64,000 nt of DNA from Pelagomonas calceolata (lineage: Eukaryota), in the NCBI GenBank assembly GCA_918797485.1, contig CAKKNE010000003.1, forward strand, positions 1,550,001-1,614,000. Direction: 5' to 3'. The notes under the pieces were generated by a model, which was not told the origin of the DNA, searched no databases, and saw only the letters and a program-made list of their open reading frames with translations. Positions 41,119 through 51,495 of the stretch are shown here, in pieces (within the stretch, counting starts at the first letter, position 1; each line of letters begins with the position of its first letter). Both the position numbers and the translations under genes were made by a program.

Positions 41119-44100
41119 TTAACGCAGAACGAGATACACATTCGCCGCCAGCGACACCACGAGCGCCCCGACGAGCATGCCGTTCCCGGCCCGGGGCCGC
41201 CGCAGCGCGCGCACGTTCCGACCCTTGCCACGACCGCGGCCCCGGCCTCCGCGACCGCGGCCCCGGCCCCGGCCGCCGCGGTACGACTGGAGCTGTGCTC
41301 TAGAATTTTCATCGCCGGCGCGCGCCGCGCGCAGGACCGCCTTCGCATTATCTTCGTCGACCTCCAGATGCTTCGCGACGAGCAATACACGCGCCTTTCG
41401 CACCGCCGCGACGGCGTCCGCGTCGCCGCGGCGCCAGCCTTGAACAATAGCTCGCGCCTTCAATTCGGTGCACTCGAGCGCCGCCGCGATCCTCGGCGGC
41501 CGCAAGTGCGGAGGTCGTAGATGGAATGGCGGCAGCGTCCGTCTCTTCGAGAGTCCACCTGTCGAAGCGACCTTGCGCGCCCGAGAAAGCGACGCGAACA
41601 GCTTCAGCGCGTCGCCGTCGCCGCGCGCCTTGGCGGCAAACAGTTTCCACGCGCCCGGCAGCGACAGGCCCAGCGCGCTCGCGATCCCCTCGGGCGTGAA
41701 TTCGCCTTCAGTCGCCGGCGGGCGCAGGCCCTCGAAGGCGGACCGCGCGTCATCGACCGTACAGGCGAAGCTCGCCGGCAGCCCGCTCCAGAACTCGGCG
41801 GCCGGGACCACTTCGCCTTTTAGGACCTGCGACCCCGCCGACAGCGTGGCCATCGTCCCGAGACCGCCGCCGGGCATGCACAACGCGCCGCTCCGCATCG
41901 ACGCGCCGGAACTTATCGTCACGGGCGCGAATTTGACGACCATGTTTTCCACGGTATGGCACGTGAGATCACATGCGGAGCCAGTGGAAGCATAAGAGTC
42001 GATTCTGAGTAGGTCGAACTCGAGGAGGGCGCCGTAGAAGAGGCAGCAGTCCTCTCCAACGGTCGCGCCGAGGGCTCTCAAAGCATAAGCCGCGAAGCAC
42101 GTGCCTTGCACCGCGTCGAGCACGTCGTCGGCGATGCTCCCGAGCGCCATCATGAAGACCCATTTGTGATGCAAGTCGCCGTAGTAGGGCGCGTCGCCGG
42201 TCGCGTAGGCGCCGATAACGGACCGCTTCGCCAGGCAGAGGACGCCCAGCGGCACGATCTGCGCCAGGACCCACGCCATAAACGTCGCCGCGTAGGACTC
42301 CCTGGCGAAGTAGACCGGCAGGAGCTCCAGGGCCGTCGTCGCGGGCTCCAAGAGCAACGCACTTGCAGCGCAGAACGCGTTGAAGGCGTAGAAGACGGCG
42401 GGGTCCCGGTGCGCAGCTAAGGCTTCCAGGACGCGCTCCCTGTCGGCCTCCGGAAGCTTCGAGGTGCCGTCCTCGACGTCGCCCTGGAATTTTAGCAGTA
42501 CAGGGGCGCCACGGACCCGGCCGGTACTGATAGACGTCGCCGGGAAGACGTGCCTCTTGGGACCCAGCGTGCAAGTCCCCGTCACGGCGCGCCGCTCGAC
42601 GGTGACACCTCCTAAGAGCACCGAGTGGTCCAAAACGTTCGCTCCATCGTCAATCCTGATGGGGAGGTCCTCTGCGTCGTCCGACGGCGCTAAGACCACA
42701 CAAGACCCAAACACCACCTCGTCGCCGATGTCTAGCAAGTCAAACTCGACGCTGTCAAAGAAGTCGACGTTCACTCGCGAACCGATCCGGGCGCCGAGCA
42801 GGCGGTACTTCCAGGATAGGAGCTCTGTATTCACGTAGGGCTCCGTGGCGCCGAGGAATAATGAATGTCTCGTGAAGCGGTCGAGGAGCCACCTTCTGAG
42901 TACATCGCGGAGCGTCCCGGGCCGCTTGCCAGCGGCGAATTTACCAATAATGAGTCGTTTGAGGGCCACCGTCAGGAGGTAAAACGCCTCGCACTGGACC
43001 AAGCGGAACAGCCACACCGCAATTAACAAATGATCACTCGGAAAGAGCTCCACGGCCCGGAGGGCGATGTACGTCGCGAAGCATTCCCCCAACAGTAACA
43101 ACGGCACACCAATGAAATACTGGCAGACGCGCAGAAATTGGGGCGGCGGCGGCCGCGGCTGGTCCAGAACAACGACGTCGCCGTCGGGGCTCTCCGCGCC
43201 GCCCTCGACGTGCGCGAGCGCGTCGACGGCGTGGTCCGCCGCGACGACGCCGCCGGCGCCGACGCCGGACCGTATGCCCAGCTCGGCGCCCCGCTCCAAG
43301 ACGACGGGCGCCAGCACGAGCTCGCCCCGCTCGACGACGTGCGCGCTGACCTTCGCGTGGCGGCGGCAGCGGACCTTGGTGTCGAGAGTGACGAATTGCG
43401 GGTCGTCCACGGTAACCCCAGCGTCGAGGACGACGTCGTCGCCGACCGCGGCGCCGCACGCGCCGTAGAACGCCGCGAGCAGCGGCGTGCCCGCGCCGTA
43501 GGCGGCGACGGCCTGCGCCGCCGCGCGCGTCGCGTGCTGCGCCGCCAGCCACCTCATATACATCAGAGAGAAGAGCGGGATGCGCACAATGCCGTGGGGG
43601 ACGGGTGCCAGGCACCTGTTCGCCAAGATGGCGACGAGGACCAGCACGCAACTGCAGACCAGCGACACGAGCACGCCGACTTGCGCGGCGACGCAGGCGT
43701 TGAACTGGCGCCAGGTCACGTAAATGGACGCGTGCGTGACGATGGACGGCGCCTGGTCGAGGAGCAGGGACCCCACGACGACCAGAGCTTGATAGAAGAC
43801 GGCCTCGGGCGCCGTCGACGAGTGGCCCTTGTAGACGACGTCGACGGCCTTTTCTTCGAGCTGGACGTCGGCCTTCGGCAGCGTATCTAAATAAGAAGCG
43901 AGCTCGCTTATCGTAGGGTACAAGTACATTGATGTTCCCGGTAACGCGCGCAGATTCAGCGCGAGTCGCAATTTCGTCGTCGCGCGGCCCGCCAACAAGC
44001 TATTGCCGCCGAGACTCACGAAGTCCGCCTGCGCGTCGAGCGGCGCGTCGTCGTAGCCCAGAAGCTCCTGCCAGACGCGCTCTATGATTTTTTCCGTCGG

Positions 44101-47100
44101 CGTGGCGCAGGGAACAAAGTCCTTGGCTTTTGCTCGGGGCGGCGGCGGCGGCAGCCGGACACGATCCAATTTGCCTCTAGCTGTTGTGGGTAGCCGGTCT
44201 AGTTCGACAACTGCAGAAGGTAAAGCGTAGGCCGGCAGTACGGCTCGCGCGGCCTCGAGCGCGTCGTCGGCCAAGTCGAATCGATCCACGATGGAGCAGC
44301 CGCCGCCGTCCACAGTCTTGCGCCCCGCCTCGACGACATAACCTATGAGGCGCGCCGTCGGCTTGTCGGCGTCCAGCAGCTGAGCTGTTGACATACCGAC
44401 GTCGGCGCAGCTCCGTAAAGCCGCCGCGACGTCCTCGAGCTCGATGCGGAAGCCCCGCAGCTTGATCTGGCCTCCACTTACCCTTCCACGGAACTCGAGC
44501 TGGCCGTCGGGCCGCCACCTTGCTAAATCACCGGTAGCGTACAGCAAAGGGCCCGCGGGTGTTTTTGGAGAGGCTTGTGTGAGGAAGGGGTTCGCCACCC
44601 AGCACTTATTGGTGAGATGAGGCAGATTTAAATAACCTCTACATGCATGCTCGGCCCCAAAATACAACTGGCCCGGCGCGCCGCACGGGACAGGTAATAA
44701 ATCATCATCTAGCACATAAGCAGTGACGTTGTCCATGGGCACGCCGATGGGACATCTGACCATCGTCATTGCATAGTTCCGGTCGACCTCGAAGAAGGTC
44801 ATGTCGGCCTCGGTGGGCCCGTAGACGTTGACCAGTTTACTATTAGAAGTGCACTCGAAGAAGAGGCGGGCCGTCGCGGCGGACAGCGCCTCGCCGCAGG
44901 ACACGCAGCACTTGAGGTGGATGCGCCGCCTGTGCTCTATGAGTGCTTCGGCCATCGCCGCGAGCGCCGACGGCACGAAGCAGCAGACCGTGCACCTTTG
45001 TAACAACGAAGCTATAACTGAGGCGTCCTTGTGGTCCTGGGCACCACTTACAAGGGTACAGGCGCCGACAGTAGGCGCCCAGAAGAGCTCCCACTCGGAA
45101 ATTCCAAATGTGTACGTCGTCTTGAGGAGCATCATATCGGAGGATGTGAGGGGGTAGCGCCGCTGGAACCAAGCGATCCTCCTTACTAAACCGCGGTGCT
45201 CGACCATGACGCCTTTCGGTTTTCCGGTGGTGCCGGACGTGTAGAAGACGTAGGCGAGGTTTTCCGGTTTCGGGGGCCCAGGCTCATGGTGCGCATTTAT
45301 CCTTTTGAGCGGCCTCGGGCGCAGGTCAACGGCGTCGACCTGGTCGGGCGAAATGGCCCTTTCTGGTGGACTGAAGGGGTCCAGGACGTCGAGCTCGACG
45401 ACGTTGACCAGCTTCCGGGGCCGCTCCAAATCACTAAAAAACGTCGCGAGGACGCCCGCCCGGAGCCGCGCCTGCGTCACGCACGCCTTGCACGCCGCGT
45501 CCTCTACGACAGTTTTGAGGCGCTCCAGGGGGTAGTCCGGCTCGAGGGGCACGTAGCAGCCGCCCGCGCTCAGCACACCATAAATCGCCGCGACCATGGA
45601 CGCGTCCCGCTCCAGCAGCAGCGCGACGCGGTCGTCCGGGTAGACCGGCCCAAGCGCCTCGGCGATCGCGCGGACGGCGTTACTGAATTGATCATAGGTG
45701 TACTCTTGAGCACCTTGCAAGCAGGTCGCACCCGGGTGCTCCTCCGCCGCGCGGAACATGAGATCATGAATACAAGAATCCTCGGGCCACGGCTGCCGCG
45801 TCTCGTTCGGTTTCACCACAGTACCCAAGTAGTCGTCGTCCTCGATCACCAGGTGGTCCACGGCCAGGGCGTTGCCTTCCACCAGCATGGCATCCACATA
45901 AGACTTCGTCTGGACGAGGAAGCGCTTCGCGGCTCGTTCAGCAAAGAGATCGCTCCGGTACCTCAGACCGAGCTCGCTGTGCGTGGGCACGAGCTCAAGA
46001 TCCAAGAGCTCGCTGCCGAATTCGTGTGTCGCTGAAATCGACGCCTGGTAGATAGGGTGGTACGTCCTGTCTAATATAGTAGAGGTCGCCTCCACTGCGT
46101 CCTCGAGCGTGAAGCTCGCCGCGCGCAGTGCAGCGCGCGCCTTCTCGACCCGCTCGCAGAAGGCGTCGTTCTTCTCGCAGGCGAGCGCGACCGGGTGGCC
46201 CTCGACGCCCACGACCACCACGTCCTGGCGCGCGTGCCGCGAGAGCACGGAGGCGAAGGCCGCGAGGAGCACTTCCAAAGGGGGCGAGACCCGCATGGGC
46301 ACGGGCGGGAGCGCCTTGACCGTCGCCCTCGCCGTGCGCGGCCCATCTAATGGTAAATCGTGGAGCTTCGGCGCGTCCAGGAGCAGCTTGGGCGGTCCCG
46401 ACCGGCGCGGCTTCCGGGCCGATTTGCCGGCGACCGGCGGCGGCGACTTGGCGGCGGCGATCGCAGGGATTGCCGGCGCCGGCTTTGCGGCGGCGGTCGC
46501 GGGTTCGGCCGGCGCGGCTTGCTGCTTGCGGCTTGTGGCTTGCTGCCGCGGCGAAGCCGACGGTGACCGGCGGCGGCGGAGCTCCTTCTCGCGCTTGGCC
46601 TTCGCCTCGGCGTCGGCCGCGATTTTCCGCCGTACTGAGGCCTCGGTGGCCGCGAGCTCCTCCATCTCGAGCGTCGGCCGTCGCGGCGATCGAGGCGGCG
46701 ACTGCGGGGGCGACGCGGGGGGCGTCCGCGCGTCGGCCAGCGGGTCCCGCCGCGGCGAGCCGAGGCGCTCGGCCGCGGCCGCGTTCTCGGCCTGGAGTTG
46801 GTCCTTGCGCCGCCGCGCAGCCGCGGCCTCTTCCTTCAAATCCGCGATGCTGCCGAGGGACGACGACCTGCTTACTGATTCGGGCGCCGAGTGCGCCCGC
46901 GCGCGGGCCGGCGAGCTTGGCGGCGTCGAGGCCAGCGTGTCCGGGGCCGGGGCGTCGTAGGCCGCTTGCAGCTTCTTTATGGTGGGCGTCGGCGCCGGTG
47001 CCGGCGCTGGTGCGGGCACTGGCGCAGGAACTGGCGCGGATTTTGGCGTCGGCGCCGGCACGGCGGCCTTCGCCGGCAACACCGGCGAAAACTGTGGAGG

Positions 47101-47214
47101 CCCGGTTTTCTTCGATGGCTTTGTCTTCTGTCTGGCTTTCTTGCCTGTGGCTTGGAGCTTTGCCAGCCGCTCCCGGAGAGCCGGAGAGCCGGCCGTATTC
47201 GAGGTCGGGGGCAT
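41119..47214 (-). CDS. Single-module membrane-bound NRPS-like enzyme (partial C - A - T - Pls/PosA-type terminal domain), 2031 aa
   Basis: A-domain motifs YTSGTTGKPKG (~45210-45245), NVYGPTE, YATGDL, QIKLRGFRIEL, GKLDR. T domain DFVSLGGNSL (Ser codon 43999-44001). Three GA.[IV]G hexapeptide/beta-helix units separated by TM pairs. Confidence 0.9.
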   Translation of the reverse strand: MPPTSNTAGSPALRERLAKLQATGKKARQKTKPSKKTGPPQFSPVLPAKAAVPAPTPKSAPVPAPVPAPAPAPAPTPTIKKLQAAYDAPAPDTLASTPPSSPARARAHSAPESVSRSSSLGSIADLKEEAAAARRRKDQLQAENAAAAERLGSPRRDPLADARTPPASPPQSPPRSPRRPTLEMEELAATEASVRRKIAADAEAKAKREKELRRRRSPSASPRQQATSRKQQAAPAEPATAAAKPAPAIPAIAAAKSPPPVAGKSARKPRRSGPPKLLLDAPKLHDLPLDGPRTARATVKALPPVPMRVSPPLEVLLAAFASVLSRHARQDVVVVGVEGHPVALACEKNDAFCERVEKARAALRAASFTLEDAVEATSTILDRTYHPIYQASISATHEFGSELLDLELVPTHSELGLRYRSDLFAERAAKRFLVQTKSYVDAMLVEGNALAVDHLVIEDDDYLGTVVKPNETRQPWPEDSCIHDLMFRAAEEHPGATCLQGAQEYTYDQFSNAVRAIAEALGPVYPDDRVALLLERDASMVAAIYGVLSAGGCYVPLEPDYPLERLKTVVEDAACKACVTQARLRAGVLATFFSDLERPRKLVNVVELDVLDPFSPPERAISPDQVDAVDLRPRPLKRINAHHEPGPPKPENLAYVFYTSGTTGKPKGVMVEHRGLVRRIAWFQRRYPLTSSDMMLLKTTYTFGISEWELFWAPTVGACTLVSGAQDHKDASVIASLLQRCTVCCFVPSALAAMAEALIEHRRRIHLKCCVSCGEALSAATARLFFECTSNSKLVNVYGPTEADMTFFEVDRNYAMTMVRCPIGVPMDNVTAYVLDDDLLPVPCGAPGQLYFGAEHACRGYLNLPHLTNKCWVANPFLTQASPKTPAGPLLYATGDLARWRPDGQLEFRGRVSGGQIKLRGFRIELEDVAAALRSCADVGMSTAQLLDADKPTARLIGYVVEAGRKTVDGGGCSIVDRFDLADDALEAARAVLPAYALPSAVVELDRLPTTARGKLDRVRLPPPPPRAKAKDFVPCATPTEKIIERVWQELLGYDDAPLDAQADFVSLGGNSLLAGRATTKLRLALNLRALPGTSMYLYPTISELASYLDTLPKADVQLEEKAVDVVYKGHSSTAPEAVFYQALVVVGSLLLDQAPSIVTHASIYVTWRQFNACVAAQVGVLVSLVCSCVLVLVAILANRCLAPVPHGIVRIPLFSLMYMRWLAAQHATRAAAQAVAAYGAGTPLLAAFYGACGAAVGDDVVLDAGVTVDDPQFVTLDTKVRCRRHAKVSAHVVERGELVLAPVVLERGAELGIRSGVGAGGVVAADHAVDALAHVEGGAESPDGDVVVLDQPRPPPPQFLRVCQYFIGVPLLLLGECFATYIALRAVELFPSDHLLIAVWLFRLVQCEAFYLLTVALKRLIIGKFAAGKRPGTLRDVLRRWLLDRFTRHSLFLGATEPYVNTELLSWKYRLLGARIGSRVNVDFFDSVEFDLLDIGDEVVFGSCVVLAPSDDAEDLPIRIDDGANVLDHSVLLGGVTVERRAVTGTCTLGPKRHVFPATSISTGRVRGAPVLLKFQGDVEDGTSKLPEADRERVLEALAAHRDPAVFYAFNAFCAASALLLEPATTALELLPVYFARESYAATFMAWVLAQIVPLGVLCLAKRSVIGAYATGDAPYYGDLHHKWVFMMALGSIADDVLDAVQGTCFAAYALRALGATVGEDCCLFYGALLEFDLLRIDSYASTGSACDLTCHTVENMVVKFAPVTISSGASMRSGALCMPGGGLGTMATLSAGSQVLKGEVVPAAEFWSGLPASFACTVDDARSAFEGLRPPATEGEFTPEGIASALGLSLPGAWKLFAAKARGDGDALKLFASLSRARKVASTGGLSKRRTLPPFHLRPPHLRPPRIAAALECTELKARAIVQGWRRGDADAVAAVRKARVLLVAKHLEVDEDNAKAVLRAARAGDENSRAQLQSYRGGRGRGRGRGGRGRGRGKGRNVRALRRPRAGNGMLVGALVVSLAANVYLVLR

Positions 47215-47391
47215 GGTCAGTAACGTCTCGTGCCTGTCGTGGCTGCCCTAGGGTCGCCACGCCCTCTTGTGCGATTCCAAAAGCGGAGAGCAAATCCTAG
47301 TATATCTATGAACTAGCTTGGTGCCAGCGCATTGATTTTTTGAGGCCTTGAGCTACCGCATTTCTGCACCGTGCTCGCCAAAACTCTCAGG

Positions 47392-47931
47392 ATGAAGTCG
47401 CCACGACTTATACTTGCTGTGCTTGCATCCTCGGCAGCGCTGGCGCCGACTGCCCCGAGGGTCGACCGGCGCACCGCTCTGGCATTGCCGCTTGCAGTCG
47501 TACCTGTCGCTGCGCGAGCTGCAACGGATGATGTGATCGTCTCCGGCACGGTCAACGCGGCCGACGCCGTCGTTGGACCCGATGCCGCGCTCTACGTAAC
47601 CATGCGGCGCGGCGGCGCTCCGCAGGCTGCATTCGCCAAGTTCAAGGCGGTACCCGAGCCATCCCTTGCCGCCGTTCGCATACCGATGAAGGGGAAATCA
47701 TTCCCGGTGGACTTCTCGATCCCGCGCTCTGCATTGTTTGCCGACGCGCCGGCGCTGCCGGCCGAGATCAAGGACCTGGCGCTGACCGTGTCCGCGCGCC
47801 TCGACCAGGACGGCGTCGCCGCGACGCGCGGGCCGGACGACCTCGTCGGGAGCGTCTACACGACGCCGTCGTCGGCGCCCGCGGCGATCGCGTTGGAGCC
47901 GCGGGGCGTCGTGTCTAAGTTCATGAAGTAA
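47392..47931 (+). CDS. Hypothetical plastid-lumen protein with a CcmI/CycH C-terminal-like domain
   Basis: Signal peptide plus VDRRTALAL twin-Arg leader; VSGTV, FPVDFSI, TVSARLDQDG..ATRGPDDLVG. Confidence 0.55.
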   Translation: MKSPRLILAVLASSAALAPTAPRVDRRTALALPLAVVPVAARAATDDVIVSGTVNAADAVVGPDAALYVTMRRGGAPQAAFAKFKAVPEPSLAAVRIPMKGKSFPVDFSIPRSALFADAPALPAEIKDLALTVSARLDQDGVAATRGPDDLVGSVYTTPSSAPAAIALEPRGVVSKFMK

Positions 47932-48745
47932 CACTTAATTCTGGCGGCAGCACGTCGCCGACGCGGGCCGAGCACCAGCTCATGTTCAGCCGCCGCACGT
48001 TCGAGCTGTCGAAGCGGTGCACGTAGGACACGTCGATGGGCACGCCGTCGACGCAGCGCGGCTCGACGAGCCAGCCCCGGCGCACGGACTCCTCGAAGGC
48101 ACGGCGCGGGCCAGGATTCTGCATGTCGTCTAGTATGAGCGTCCCGCCGGGCCGCGTCGCGCCGACGGCGTTCGAGATGTCCCGAGACGTCCCTTCGTAG
48201 GAGTGGTCGCCGTCCACGCTAAACAAATCACAAGCCCGCCCGTGCCTTTTGGAAAACCGAGGCACGGTGGTCTCCGAGCGCCCGGCGATCAACCGGAGCT
48301 GGTCCGGGTAGAGGGCCCCGACGAGTTGCTGCGCCGTCTCGGAGTACTCGAACTCGGCCAGGTCGAACGAGACCATCTTCGCCCGTCGGCCGGCCGCGCT
48401 CAGGAAGACGGCCGCCGAGTGGCCGCCATTGAATCCGACCTCGCAGATCGTACCCGGCTGGACACTTCGTGCGAGGTCGTAGTAGGCCCTGGCCTGAACC
48501 GGACGATTCCCTATATGCGAGTTGCCGTACCAGGCCCGCGTCCGCAGAAAATCGTAGCGGTCCGCGTAGAGCTGCGAAATGGCGAAGGACATGCTCTCGA
48601 GGAGCGCGCCGAGCATGGACTGGACCTCGTCGCCGGCGTCGGCGTGTCGCGTCGTGTCCGTGTCGCGGCGTCGCGCGTCGCCGACTCCAGCGGCGTCTCC
48701 GCAGCCGAGCAGCAGCGCCGCGAGGGCTGCGGCCCGCCGGAGCAT
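47921..48745 (-). CDS. Class I SAM methyltransferase (Methyltransf_24-like) with signal peptide
   Basis: ICEVGFNGGHSA, SFD, DLFSVDGDHSYE, PGGTLILDD. Confidence 0.85.
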   Translation of the reverse strand: MLRRAAALAALLLGCGDAAGVGDARRRDTDTTRHADAGDEVQSMLGALLESMSFAISQLYADRYDFLRTRAWYGNSHIGNRPVQARAYYDLARSVQPGTICEVGFNGGHSAAVFLSAAGRRAKMVSFDLAEFEYSETAQQLVGALYPDQLRLIAGRSETTVPRFSKRHGRACDLFSVDGDHSYEGTSRDISNAVGATRPGGTLILDDMQNPGPRRAFEESVRRGWLVEPRCVDGVPIDVSYVHRFDSSNVRRLNMSWCSARVGDVLPPELSVTS

Positions 48746-49442
48746 GGTCAGTGGGGCAATGCAGCTGGCAATGCTGCCCCAGAGGTGCTCTGCGGGCCCA
48801 GTTTTTCGAGCGTAACGCAGCGCAATGCCGCAGTGGTTCAAGACAAGGGCAATGCACAACTCTGTAGCTCAAAACTTGCGCGTAACGCAGCCTAAAACCG
48901 CAGCCCCAAACTTTGTGGCTGGGAGAGACGTCGGCACCAGATGCGCCTCGGAGACGTCGATTTGGAGCCCTGCATGCCTGGCGCACGGCTGGTGCGGCGG
49001 CGGAGAAGGATGGTGGATTTTGAAAACCCGTCACGCCATTTTTGGCAATCGCCATCGCCGGACAAAAAGCACCCTAAAACGTGAGTTAAAACCCCTCTCA
49101 GACGCAGCGAACTCGTATCCGGACTCACTGGGACCTGTCAGACACCACTGCAAGCGCGCTGAGCAGCTGCGGGCGTACGTCGCCGATAAAAGCAAGTCCT
49201 CGAGGCCTGCTCAATTCAGCGGCGCGGCGACCGCGCTGGCCCGCGCACGCTCCCAGGGCACGCCACCGCTTGTCGGAGTGCGCACGCGTGGTCTCTGCGG
49301 CTCAGCGACGTGCTAAAACGGTCGCGCGCTCCCCCGTCGCTTGCACGCGGCCCGCCTTCCCCCAAACGCCGCCGCCGCGCCATACGCTAACCCCTCCGCC
49401 CCCCACCGCAGACTATATCTACAGTCGGTCGCCTGCTCCACC

Positions 49443-49643
49443 ATGGATACGGCGCCGATCAAGCTCGCGAAGATCAACCGCGTGCTCGGCCGCACGGGCA
49501 ACACCGGTAACGTGACCCAGGTCCGCGTCGAGTTCATCGACGACCCGAACCGCTCCATCATCCGCAACGTCAAGGGCCCCGTGCGCGAGGGCGACATCCT
49601 CTGCCTGCTCGAGTGGGAGCGCGAGGCGCGGCGGCTCCGCTAA
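49443..49643 (+). CDS. RPS28: 40S ribosomal protein S28 (eS28)
   Basis: [41 protein letters not shown]. Confidence 0.97.
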   Translation: MDTAPIKLAKINRVLGRTGNTGNVTQVRVEFIDDPNRSIIRNVKGPVREGDILCLLEWEREARRLR

Positions 49644-49788
49644 TGGTGTGCTGAAAGGGCGCGTATAACTATCCGTTGTCTTCTAGTCCGTCTTCATTCA
49701 TGAGACCACGCGGTGGTCGCGTCGCTGCCGACGCCGTCGACGTGGCCAATTATATGTGAATGTCTTAGCCATGTGCTCCCTCAACTCA

Positions 49789-51495
49789 CTACGCGACCTC
49801 GACGGCCTCGGACGACGCCTCCTGCGCGGCCGACCGCAGCAAGTCGAGGAACGCCGCCGACGCCGTCGTCTCGTCCGACGACGGCACACCATCGGAGCAC
49901 GAGCTTTGCGACGACGACGTCCGCTGCAACGACGCTGGACTTCTAGGCCGCGACGAGGACCGGCCCCGCGACGCCCCCTTGAGCTTCGCCCGCCGCGCTT
50001 CCAATTGCACGGACCCTTCGTAGTTCTCGCAGTCGGCGCACTTGCACTTGGCGCCGCAGTGGATGCCGGCCTCGAAGCACTCGCAGTACTTCTTGAGGCA
50101 CTTACTTTTCTTGCAGTGGCAGCCGGACGCGTGGGCCGTGTCCTTGACTTTCGCTCTAAACGCTTTCGGGTTCTTTTCCAGCGTCGCTCGGATGGCCTCG
50201 TCGCGTTCTTTGGCATGCGCGAGGTCGTTGTGGCAATCGACGCAGTTGCAGCCCTTGCACCAGCGGCCCGCCGCGAAGCAGTCGCAATATAACTTGAGAC
50301 ATCTGGAATTGCGGCAGTTGCAGGGCTTGTGGCGCTTGACTTTGCTGTCGGGCGTGTCGTCGTCGTATACTGGACTTGGTGCTCTTTTGGCCGCTGGTCT
50401 TCTGGTGGGTGGTGTGGTCCCCTGCGCTAACCGTTTCTTGGGCGGCGGCGGGCCTGTCGCTTTGCGTTTCCGAGGAGCTTCTTCCGCGGCGGAGAAGGCT
50501 CTACGTCTATTAGTAACGCGGAACTGGACGTTCGTGGGCTCGGGGGCCTGGTCTTTCTCGACAAGATGCAAGACATCATCGTCGGACATGGCCGTGTTCA
50601 CGGCCTGGGCCGCCGCTTCTGTATCATCTTCCGGTGGTGGAGATCGGTTGGGCGAGTTCACGAGTCTCCTTGGTGAACCTAGTCTGCCGAGCAGCGAGAT
50701 GCCGACGTCGTTCGTCGGTGGCGGACTCTGCGGGTAGTCCGCGGCCGCCGCCGCGTCTCTCAGGTCCTGTAGACTGAGTTGTCTTCTGTGAGTTCTGGGC
50801 GGCCGGTTCTCGTCGCCGCTGTCGGAGTCGTCTCCGTCTCCTTTGCCCATGACGTGGTTCACGCGTCGTATCGCTCTTCGCAGTTCGCACGACGACGGCA
50901 TGATCTTCACCGAGATCCAGCCCTTCGGTACCGCTGGGACCGAGGGTGCTCGAGACATCTGGCGCCCTTGCGGTCGCCGGTCGGGTGTCGTTGGCGGCAA
51001 CGCGTCGTCGTCCCTTATTCTCGGGAGTAATGGGGCGCCCCTACCAGCTTCGGCCGCCGCCCGCAGACTCCCGATGGACTTGCCGCGGCCCGGTCTTCTG
51101 GCCGCCGCGGCCGCCGCCGCTCTATCTTTCGAGGGTTCATCGAGCGACGACGCCGCTTGGAGAGCTCCGAGCGGGCTGAACGCGGTGTCGAAGAACGGGC
51201 TTCTAGGTCCGGAAGGATTCGCCTTGTGGACGCGCGCGGCCATCGTGCTGAAGGGCGAGTCGTGGGAGCGCGCGCCCGGTGTTCTCCTTGGTGAGAGGAG
51301 TCCCTTGGACTTCTTCGCGGCGGGGCTCGTTGGCGGGGACGTCGGCAGCTCCATGAGCGCGGCGATGACGGCCGCATCAAAAGGTGTGCTGGAGGACTCG
51401 GCGGAGTCGCTGTCCGACGTCGGCTTGGCGGGCGCGTCCTTGGCCGCGTCCTTGGTGGTGTCCTTGGCGGATCCGGCGGGTTCGGCGCTCGACAT
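49789..51495 (-). CDS. Tesmin/TSO1/LIN54-like CRC (CXC) domain transcription factor
   Basis: PCNCRNSRCLKLYCDCFAAG, KNPKAF linker, GCHCKKSKCLKKYCECF. Confidence 0.93.
   Translation of the reverse strand: MSSAEPAGSAKDTTKDAAKDAPAKPTSDSDSAESSSTPFDAAVIAALMELPTSPPTSPAAKKSKGLLSPRRTPGARSHDSPFSTMAARVHKANPSGPRSPFFDTAFSPLGALQAASSLDEPSKDRAAAAAAARRPGRGKSIGSLRAAAEAGRGAPLLPRIRDDDALPPTTPDRRPQGRQMSRAPSVPAVPKGWISVKIMPSSCELRRAIRRVNHVMGKGDGDDSDSGDENRPPRTHRRQLSLQDLRDAAAAADYPQSPPPTNDVGISLLGRLGSPRRLVNSPNRSPPPEDDTEAAAQAVNTAMSDDDVLHLVEKDQAPEPTNVQFRVTNRRRAFSAAEEAPRKRKATGPPPPKKRLAQGTTPPTRRPAAKRAPSPVYDDDTPDSKVKRHKPCNCRNSRCLKLYCDCFAAGRWCKGCNCVDCHNDLAHAKERDEAIRATLEKNPKAFRAKVKDTAHASGCHCKKSKCLKKYCECFEAGIHCGAKCKCADCENYEGSVQLEARRAKLKGASRGRSSSRPRSPASLQRTSSSQSSCSDGVPSSDETTASAAFLDLLRSAAQEASSEAVEVA

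Noticed and set aside
39785..48745. Biosynthetic cluster of the NRPS with flanking methyltransferases
   Set aside because: One neighbour is a protein-lysine methyltransferase type and the other is secretory. No PPTase, transporter or tailoring logic is visible, and proximity is expected at this gene density.
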